Source of the DNA: an uncultured delta proteobacterium
Lineage (GTDB): Bacteria > Desulfobacterota > Binatia > Binatales > Binataceae
Assembly (NCBI GenBank): GCA_963765675.1
Contig: CAVXXK010000015.1
Location: forward strand, 32,001 to 96,000
Reading direction: 5' to 3'
Length of the DNA: 64,000 nucleotides
Of this stretch, positions 56,685-64,000 are shown piece by piece (within the stretch, counting starts at the first letter, position 1; the number at the start of each line of letters is the position of its first letter). The notes beneath the pieces are model-generated. The model saw nothing but the letters and a program-made list of their open reading frames with translations. It ran no database searches and was not told the origin of the DNA. The position numbers were made by a program, and so were the translations under genes.

Positions 56685-57683
56685 ATGGCTCGCAAGCTCA
56701 CGATCGGCGTCAACTGGCAGGGCAAGCTCGACTATAAGGCGGCGGTCGAGCGCGCGAAGATCGCCGACGCCGCCGGCATCCATTCGATCTGGGTCGCCGA
56801 GGCTTGGGGCCGCGACGCGTTCACGCTGCTCACCTTGCTGGCCGAGCACACCACCAAGGCGCAGCTCGCAACCTCGATCGTCAATATCTATTCGCGCACG
56901 CCTGCCGCGCTGGCGCAGCATTTCGGCACCCTCGACGAATTCTCCGGCGGCAGAATGATCATCGGTCTTGGCACCAGCGGACCGCAGGTGATCGAGCATT
57001 TCCACGGCGTGAAGTTCAATCCGCCGCTAACCCGGATGAAAGAGACCGTCGAGATCATCAACCTCCTAATAGCCGGAACGCCGCTCAACTATCAGGGCAA
57101 GCTGTTCAAGCTCGGACGCGGCTTCACGATGCGTTTCGAGCCGCCGCGCAAGCATATTCCGATCTTCATCGCCTCTCTCAACGCCAAGAGCGTCGAGTTC
57201 ACCGCGCGCCAGGCTGACGGATGGATGCCGGTGATGATCCCGATAAGCGCGCTCAAGAAATCGATCGATGATTTCCGCAAAATCGCCACCGACGCCGGCC
57301 GCGAGCCCGCTGCGGTCGCGGTCAAAGCGCCCGGCGGCGTGACCGTCACAAAAAATATCGACCGCGCCCGCGCTGGACACGCCGCCAATGTCGCCTTTTA
57401 CGCGGCTCGGATGGGAACCTTCTATGCCGAGCAGCTAACCAGGATGGGCTTCGGTGACGACGTCGCCAGGGTCAAGGAAGCCTGGAGCGCCGGCGGCTCG
57501 AAGGCTGGTACCGAGGCGGTATCGCCGAAGCTCCTGGCCGAGCTTGCCTATATCGGACCGGTCGAGGGCGCCGTCGAGCGCCTGCGCGCTCAGGACGAGG
57601 CTGGAGTCGATCTGCATCCGGTCGATATCGACGCGGGCGGCAGCGCGGCCGAGTTCGAGAAGATCGTCGCGCGCCTGCTGTAG
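56685..57683 (+). CDS. LLM-class flavin-dependent oxidoreductase
   Basis: WVAEAWGRDA, RTPA.LA, SGGR..IGLGTSGPQVIE.FHG and ADGW.P motifs. Confidence 0.92.
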   Translation: MARKLTIGVNWQGKLDYKAAVERAKIADAAGIHSIWVAEAWGRDAFTLLTLLAEHTTKAQLATSIVNIYSRTPAALAQHFGTLDEFSGGRMIIGLGTSGPQVIEHFHGVKFNPPLTRMKETVEIINLLIAGTPLNYQGKLFKLGRGFTMRFEPPRKHIPIFIASLNAKSVEFTARQADGWMPVMIPISALKKSIDDFRKIATDAGREPAAVAVKAPGGVTVTKNIDRARAGHAANVAFYAARMGTFYAEQLTRMGFGDDVARVKEAWSAGGSKAGTEAVSPKLLAELAYIGPVEGAVERLRAQDEAGVDLHPVDIDAGGSAAEFEKIVARLL

Positions 57684-57757
57684 CATCCAAATCCAATAGC
57701 TGAATCGAAACGGAATAACTGAATTGAAAATGCAACCGAAATTGGAGGGCTAGTCCT

Positions 57758-58813
57758 ATGCGAGCTGCCGTATTTGAACAAACCAAGAAACCTCTGGTCG
57801 TCAAAGATGTTCCCGATCCCAAGTGCGCACCGAACGGCGCGATCATCCGCGTCGAGGCTAACGGCGTCTGCCGTTCCGATTGGCATGCATGGTCGGGCGA
57901 CTGGACCTGGATGGGCCTGGCCGCGCAGCCGGGCGCGATCCTCGGCCACGAGTTCGCCGGCGTCGTCGAAGAGACCGGCAAGGACGTGCACAGTTTCAAA
58001 AAGGGCGATCGCGTGGTCGTCCCGTTCAGCCAGGGCGACGGCACCTGCGAGTATTGTCGCAACGGCCAATCCAACGTCTGCCTGAACGCGATGCTGCCGG
58101 GGTTCTCTTATCCCGGAGGCTTCGGCCACTTGGTCGCGGTGCCGGCGGCCGACATGAATCTCGTGAACCTTCCCGCGAAGATCGACTTCATCGAGGCGGC
58201 CTCGATGGGCTGCCGCTTCATGACCTCGTTCCACGGGATCATCGATCGCGCCAAGGTGCAGCCCGGCGAATGGGTTGCGGTTTATGGATGCGGCGGAATC
58301 GGACTCGCCGCGATCAATGTCGCCAATGCCTGCGGCGCCAACGTCATTGGTATCGATCTCGACGGAGCCAAGCTCGAGCTCGCCAAGGGTGTCGGCGCAA
58401 CGCACGTAGTAAATGGCAAGAAGACCGACGCGGTGCAGGCGGTCCTCGATCTGACCAAAGGCGGAGCACACGTCTCCGTCGATGCGCTCGGTATTGCGAC
58501 CACCTGCCGCAACGCAATCATGAGCCTGCGCAAGCAGGGACGTCATCTGCAGATCGGACTCACCACCTCGGCCGAGAAGGGCGAAATCCCGCTGCCGATC
58601 GATCGGATGGTCACGATGGAGCTGCAAATCATCGCGTCGCTCGGGATGCAGGCATCGCACTACCCCGCGATGCTCCAGATGATCGAGTCGGGCCGCATCT
58701 CACCGAAATCGATGGTGACCGGCACTTGCGATCTCGCTGGAATCAACCAGGTCTTCCAGGAAATGAACACGTTCCAAAACGTCGGCGTCACGGTCTGCAA
58801 CAAGTACAACTGA
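57758..58813 (+). CDS. Zinc-dependent alcohol dehydrogenase family protein
   Basis: GVCRSD, GHE, DGTCEYC..G..NVC, GCRF.T and GCGGIG motifs. Confidence 0.93.
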   Translation: MRAAVFEQTKKPLVVKDVPDPKCAPNGAIIRVEANGVCRSDWHAWSGDWTWMGLAAQPGAILGHEFAGVVEETGKDVHSFKKGDRVVVPFSQGDGTCEYCRNGQSNVCLNAMLPGFSYPGGFGHLVAVPAADMNLVNLPAKIDFIEAASMGCRFMTSFHGIIDRAKVQPGEWVAVYGCGGIGLAAINVANACGANVIGIDLDGAKLELAKGVGATHVVNGKKTDAVQAVLDLTKGGAHVSVDALGIATTCRNAIMSLRKQGRHLQIGLTTSAEKGEIPLPIDRMVTMELQIIASLGMQASHYPAMLQMIESGRISPKSMVTGTCDLAGINQVFQEMNTFQNVGVTVCNKYN

Positions 58814-58834
58814 CGCGCGGTTCTCACGTCATCG

Positions 58835-58868
58835 AGAGGAGAGCCTCCACGGCTCTCCTCTTTTTTTT
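58835..58868 (+). terminator. Intrinsic terminator
   Basis: AGAGGAGAGCC-TCCAC-GGCTCTCCTC followed by T8. Confidence 0.9.
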
Positions 58869-58886
58869 CCGCGCAACGAAGTGGTT

Positions 58887-58914
58887 GTCATCCTGAGCCG
58901 CAGGCGAAGGATCT
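58887..58914 (+). repeat. GTCAT-type REP-like element (single half)
   Basis: GTCATCCTGAGCCGCAGGCGAAGGATCT. Confidence 0.5.
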
Positions 58915-58994
58915 CCGCGAAGCGATTAGTGCGACCAATCTCGGCCGTTCACTTCGCGCTTGCGCCAGGCGAGCACCTTCCCTATCTCGATCGT

Positions 58995-59834
58995 ATGAGA
59001 TTCGGAATTCATGTTCCGCAGTTCGGCGACTACGGTGATCCAAACAAGCTCGCTGCCTTCGCGCGCGAGGCCGAAGACTCCGGATGGGACGGGTTCTTCA
59101 TCTGGGATCATATCCAGGTCAATTGGCCGGCCCCGGTTGCCGACACCACGGTCGCGCTCGCCGCGATCGCGCTTGCCACTCGTCGAATGCGGATCGGTCC
59201 GATCGTGACGCCACTGTTCCGCCGAAATCCGGTCAAGCTCGCGCGCGAGACGGTATCGCTCGATCACTTGAGCGGCGGGCGGCTGGTGCTGGGCGTGGGC
59301 CTCGGCGGTGATTGGTTTGGCGAGATCAGCACCTTTGCCGGTCCGCTGGAAGGTCGTGTTCGCGCCGCGATGCTCGACGAAGCGCTGGCGGTGATCATTG
59401 GGCTATGGAGCGGCGCGAAATTTTCGTTCGATGGTGATCACTACCAGGTGCGCGAGGCGCAGTTCATCCCGGCGCCGCTCCAGCTTCCGCGAATTCCGAT
59501 CTGGCTCGCGGGAACCTGGCCGAAGAAACCGCCGTTTCGCCGCGCGGCCCGTTTTGACGGCGCCGTGCCGGCGAGCGCCGATATCGAGAAGGTCCTTTCC
59601 CCCGATGACATTCGTGGAGTTCGCGATTTTATAGAGGCGAATCGCAGCGTCGCCTCGCCGTTCGATATCGTATGCACTGGCGAGACCTCCGGCGATCCCG
59701 CGCTGGCGCGAGAGAAAGTAGCGCCCTACGCCGAAGTGGGCGCCACCTGGTGGCTGGAAGGCAGGCTGCCATGGAAGGAATCGCTCGACGACTTCCGTCG
59801 CCGCGTGCTCGCTGGTCCGCCCGTGCTTGCTTGA
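58995..59834 (+). CDS. LLM-class flavin-dependent oxidoreductase
   Basis: AEDSGWDGFFIWDH, RR.P.KLARE..SLDHLSGGRL.LGVGLG and RRAARFDG motifs. Confidence 0.92.
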   Translation: MRFGIHVPQFGDYGDPNKLAAFAREAEDSGWDGFFIWDHIQVNWPAPVADTTVALAAIALATRRMRIGPIVTPLFRRNPVKLARETVSLDHLSGGRLVLGVGLGGDWFGEISTFAGPLEGRVRAAMLDEALAVIIGLWSGAKFSFDGDHYQVREAQFIPAPLQLPRIPIWLAGTWPKKPPFRRAARFDGAVPASADIEKVLSPDDIRGVRDFIEANRSVASPFDIVCTGETSGDPALAREKVAPYAEVGATWWLEGRLPWKESLDDFRRRVLAGPPVLA

Positions 59835-59876
59835 CGCTTTTGACTCTGCGGGCCGGCTCGTGCAGGTTCTATCTTC

Positions 59877-60857
59877 ATGAAGGCAGTCCTTATTGATCGA
59901 CCCGGCGATGAGTCGGTAATGAAACTCGGCAACGCTCCTGATCCGATTCCGTCGGATGACGAAATTCTGATCAAGGTGCGATGCGCGGGAATTAATCGCG
60001 CCGATCTGATGCAGCGCCAGGGCTTCTATCCGCCGCCGCCCGGGGCGTCGGAGATCCTGGGCCTCGAGGTCGCCGGCGAAGTCGTCGCCGTAGGCCCGCA
60101 TGCGCACGGATGGAAGCGCGGCGAACGCGCCATGGCGCTCCTGCCGGGCGGAGGCTACGCGGAGCTGGCGGTTGCGCACGCAGGTTCGGCGATGAAAATT
60201 CCCGCCGCGCTTTCCGATGAAGAAGCGGCAGGTCTTCCCGAAGTCTACCTGACCGCGTTCCTCAATTTGTTCGAGCTCGCGGGCGTCAAGCCCGGCGACA
60301 ATGTGCTTATCCATGGCGGCGGCAGCGGAGTCGGCACCGCGTCGATCCAGCTCCTGCGCGAGGCCGAAGCGCGCTCGATCGTGACCGCGGGCAGCGACGC
60401 CAAGTGCGAGCAGTGCCTCAAGTTCGGCGCCGACGTCGCGATCAACTACAAGAAGGGGCCGTTCGCGCCGGCGGTGAAGACTGCCACCAGCGGACGCGGC
60501 GCCGACGTGATCCTCGACAGTATCGGCGCGTCATATCTGCCGCAAAATATCGAGGCGCTCGCCCAGGGCGGTCGCCTGGTGCTGATCGGCCTGATGACCG
60601 GAACCAAATCCGAAATCGATCTCGCCGCCGTCTTGCGGCGCCATCTGCGGATTTTCGGTTCGACCCTGCGCACCCGCCCCGCCGCGGAGAAGGCCGCGAT
60701 TGTGAGCGCATTCCTGGCACGCTTCGGCACCGCGCTCAACGCGGGCCGCCTGCGTCCGCCGGTCTACAAAACGCTCCCAGCGTCGGAAGCCCCGGCCGCC
60801 CATCGCATGATGCAAGCCTCCCAGCATTTCGGAAAAATAATCCTGCGGTTATCGTAG
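59877..60857 (+). CDS. NAD(P)H-quinone oxidoreductase (PIG3/MDR family)
   Basis: INRADLMQRQG.YPPPPG.S.ILGLE, HGGGSGVG, GSTLR and HFGKI motifs. Confidence 0.93.
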   Translation: MKAVLIDRPGDESVMKLGNAPDPIPSDDEILIKVRCAGINRADLMQRQGFYPPPPGASEILGLEVAGEVVAVGPHAHGWKRGERAMALLPGGGYAELAVAHAGSAMKIPAALSDEEAAGLPEVYLTAFLNLFELAGVKPGDNVLIHGGGSGVGTASIQLLREAEARSIVTAGSDAKCEQCLKFGADVAINYKKGPFAPAVKTATSGRGADVILDSIGASYLPQNIEALAQGGRLVLIGLMTGTKSEIDLAAVLRRHLRIFGSTLRTRPAAEKAAIVSAFLARFGTALNAGRLRPPVYKTLPASEAPAAHRMMQASQHFGKIILRLS

Positions 60858-60885
60858 TCGCCTCGCCGGGTGAGCTGCCCGCGAA

Positions 60886-60985
60886 GACGGGCGGCTCCCG
60901 AGCCGTCCCTACGAAACCGAATTCAAGAAACCGGATTTGAAGGAACCGGATTTAGTTCGTAGGGGCGCGTCGCGACGCGCCCGTC
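60886..60985. repeat. REPIN-like doublet of inverted GTAG-family REP sequences
   Basis: Minus: CGTAGGGACGGCTCGGGAGCCGCCCGTC (60913-60886); plus: CGTAGGGGCGCGTCGCGACGCGCCCGTC (60958-60985); spacer contains AACCGGATTT twice. Confidence 0.75.
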
Positions 60986-61047
60986 TGTGCGCGGCGATAA
61001 TCGCGCGCGAGAGATTTTAGCAGTCGTCCTTCAAGTTAGAACGAGAG

Positions 61048-61083
61048 CGCGCCGCCGGAGCGAATCTTCGGCGGCGCGGTTTT
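61048..61083. terminator. Hairpin between convergent genes
   Basis: CGCGCCGCCGGAG / CTTCGGCGGCGCG followed by GTTTT. Confidence 0.55.
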
Positions 61084-61123
61084 GATGCGTAAAGTTCAGC
61101 GATGCTTCCGGTTCAGCGTCCCG

Positions 61124-63479
61124 TCACTGTTGATTTACAAAACCTGCGAGGGTCACCGAGGCGCTTTGAGTATCACGCGCCGGGCACGCGCGTTTTTCAA
61201 AATGACCTGTGATGGTCATGGGCGTGCTCAACGAAGTACCTGCCCGTTGCTTCTTGCCCTTGACCCTAACCTCGTAAGTGCAGCTTTCGCCGGGGAGCAA
61301 CGATTTCTCCGATCGGCAGGTTCCACCAGTTATCGCAAAGCCGAGGGCTTTTGGATGCGTGATCTTGGCGTGCAGATTGAGCGTACCTGCCCGTTCGTTG
61401 TTGGTGACCGTCAGCGGCAGCGTAGTTGAGGCTCCGACGTCAATGTTGCCAAATGCCAATGTGCCGGCCGGATTGGTGCTCAGGAAAACATCGGGGGAGC
61501 AGACCGGCGTCGCGCTCGGGCTCGGCGTCGGTGTTGGCGTCGCAGTCGCGGTGGCTGTGGCCGTAGCCGTGGCAGTCGCAGTTGCAGTCATCGTCGCCGT
61601 CGCTGTTGCCGTCGCGGTTGCGCTAGTCGTCGCGGTTGCGGTTGGCGTTGGAGTCGCCGACGACGTTGCGGTCGGAGTCGGAGTTGGAGTTGCGCTTGAC
61701 GTCGGTGTCGGAGTCGGCGATGCCGCCGCCGGGCAGAAAGTGATGTTGTAAGAGGGTCCCGTCGAGCCTCCGCTGTTAGCGCATTGATAGCTCCCAGCCT
61801 CGTCGTCGTAGGGATAGGTGTATGCGGTGGGGCAGGAGTTGTGGAACGCGAGGAGGAAATCTCCGATCGAGGTGGTAGGAGCCGGAGAGGCGACTGGCGC
61901 GGTGCTTCCCGCAGGCACCTGCTCCCAGTTGATATTGTCGGCAAGGCACTCTCCGGTAGCCGACCATAACGGGCATCCGCACACTATCCCGGTGTCCTTA
62001 ATTGACGTTGTCGATCCGTTATACGGAGAGAGGTTGTAATAGTTATTGCATCCGTACAGATCGGCCCAGGTTGAGCTCGCGGCGCTGCTATTGGTGCAGG
62101 TGCCCGGCGTTCCGGTGCACGAAAAGCCGGAAGGGCAGTCGCTGTCGCCCTGGCATTCGCACTGGCCGTATGCCTGGCCCGTCGTGGTGGAGCACGTCAT
62201 CGTTTGCGTGCCGCCAGCATTATATGGGCAATCGGTATTCTGCGCGCACAGGAAAGGAACCTGGCTGGTGCAGCCAAGGTCGGTCTGTTGTGTCGAGGTT
62301 CCGCTACTGCAGGCCTGCGCGGGAGCCCAACATCCCACACTTCCCGATGAGTCCGTATAAAGGAGGTCGGTAGGGCAAGTACTTAGCAGGTTGAATGAGC
62401 AGTAGGTGGTGGGATTGCCGGATGAATCGACTGTTGCTACGCCGACCGGTCCGCACTGTTTGGAATTCGAAGAAGAATATGGCGGCGAAAAACTGCCCGC
62501 TGCGGGTACGATCGAATAGCCAATATTGAAACCGTTGACAGCGCTGGCGTCGTAAAAGTCGGCCGCGCCGGCATTGTAGGTACCGCTTAGCGTTAGCCGG
62601 CACCTCCATTGTGAACTCGCCCACATACGCAGGGTTTTGCGGCCCAACCGGTTGAGATGCGGTCGAGGCGTTACAATCAAGGTTTCCCTGTGACCCGTTG
62701 GCAGTACCGCAATTTCCCGTCTGACAAGTCAACTGGTTGTTGTTGGTGTCTGCGCCCGTACAGTCGGTGCGTCCCCAGAAGAGCCCGCCCCAGGTGAATA
62801 CTGCTTGGCATTTGCAGTTGTTGTCCGACGAGGTGCAAAGCCGATTCAATGCAGCTCCGGCCGCGCATGTGTTGCTGACACAATCTGAGTTTTTGGTGCA
62901 GGCACCTCCGCTGGCTACGTTTCCTCCCGACGGTCCGGACCCTGACTCCGGTCCCTCGGGAACGCAGATTACGGATTGCCCGCCGTTGGCCGGGAGTTGC
63001 CACGCGGAGCCGGAACTTGGCGTGGACAGAGATGTAGGCTCCAGATTTTCGAAATAGCATTCGTTGACGACAGTTCCGCTCGCGTTTTTCTGGGTTGTCG
63101 TATTGCAGGCCTGATTCGCTCCGCAATCCGCGGCGGTGGTACAGACCTCGGTGCAAACATTGTTTACGCAATCCAAATTGGCTGTTGGGTTGCAATCGTC
63201 GTCCGTTTTGCAAGCAGTAGTCGATTGCAGTTGCGGGCTACTTAGATTCTCGCCGAGGTAGATGTCGCTGCTGCAGTCATTGGTGAAACTCAACGTACGA
63301 TAACCCGCAGGGCAGGCACCGCTGACCGATGGCTGAACAGGAGGGGTCGCTGCGGCACTATTCGTCGATGACTTCGCGGCGGCGGTTCTCGTTTGGATAA
63401 CGCCGATGCCCGTCATCATCGCCACCGCGATCAGCATCAACCAACCCTTCAACCAGAATTTATGCTTTAAGTTCCTCAC
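61124..63479 (-). CDS. Secreted thaumatin-like (PR-5/GH152) protein with Cys-rich inserts, PT linker and C-terminal ASH domain; one frameshift near 62588
   Basis: GAGGAG RBS, GTG and signal; FTNDC, FWGRTDC, CQTGNCG, VGEF | DFYDASAVNGFN, CPTAYTYPYDD and YNITFCP motifs; removing one base gives TMEVPANASGTYNAGAADFYD. Confidence 0.85.
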
Positions 63480-64000
63480 AGCCTCTCCTCAGCCCCTCTG
63501 GTTTCCCAGGTTGCGCCTGCCCCGATGACAGTCGGTGGTGCGAATATCGCGCAGTTTTGCGAGAACGGACGAATCCGGACCGGACATCACGCGGCCCTAG
63601 AGCAATCGTCATGCCGCTCGGGAAATTGCCTGAAACGTTGAAGAAGTGCGCGTAGTTTGTTTTTCTTCGCGCTGATTTGCATCTGTTGTTGCGTGGACGC
63701 AACCGCGTTTATGTCCCGCGCGCCGGATTTTTGTCGCTAAGCTCTGTCTGGAACTCGTCACAATCTAGGTCGATCCGGCCTGGTCCGCGCCGAAGCGACA
63801 ATCGCGTATGAAATGAACCACCGCGCGAAAGCGCCGCGCCGTTTTTTTCCCGAGCGGACGCTTGCGATTCTTGACCGTACATTCTGACAGGATTAATTTC
63901 ATGTTGTTCAGCTTCCGGAGAATCCCATGTTGGTCACCGGAAAATTACGCCCCCCTTAATCCGGTGAGGGTACTTCGAAATCTGGCAAAAGAGGCCCCAT

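Noticed and set aside
55550-60857. OsmC-GST-LLM-ADH-LLM-quinone reductase run as one novel pathway
   Set aside because: All are common families, the run is split by a strong terminator at 58835, and nothing points to a shared substrate
63480-64000. Possible ncRNA or riboswitch upstream of the thaumatin-like gene
   Set aside because: No recognisable aptamer or tRNA fold by eye; an Rfam/Infernal search would be needed

Overview
GC-rich bacterial genomic window. The gene repertoire and the Pro/Thr-linker surface proteins resemble Candidatus Binatia/Binataceae; this taxonomy is inference only. 1-15.5 kb is mostly housekeeping and envelope genes: LON-N domain, MBL hydrolase, dodecin, GNAT, esterase, a monocistronic cytochrome bc-type Rieske protein, a TolB-like propeller, and a sigma54 two-component pair split by a beta-helix surface-protein gene. 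16.2-40.8 kb is a single-strand Wzx/Wzy-type exopolysaccharide locus: small leader protein, wza, wzc, O-antigen-ligase+TPR, CE4 deacetylase, four GT2, wzx, GT26, priming transferase and a second O-antigen-ligase/Wzy. Unusually, it encloses two NHL-propeller surface-protein genes bracketed by two paralogous Pol-beta-type nucleotidyltransferases, and it ends at a decayed PqqD/RRE gene. 41-61 kb holds an RND efflux pair, hydrolases, a divergent SufR-like regulator / Rieske-fused helical-repeat protein pair with a CAAG-N6-CTTG palindrome, a clan GH-A hydrolase and a redox cluster (OsmC, GST, two LLM, ADH, quinone reductase). 61-63.5 kb is a secreted bacterial thaumatin-like protein with Cys-rich inserts, a PT linker and an ASH domain, broken by one frameshift. 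I saw no rRNA, tRNA, CRISPR array or transposase; REP-like elements are present. All family calls come from motif recognition by eye, not database searches.
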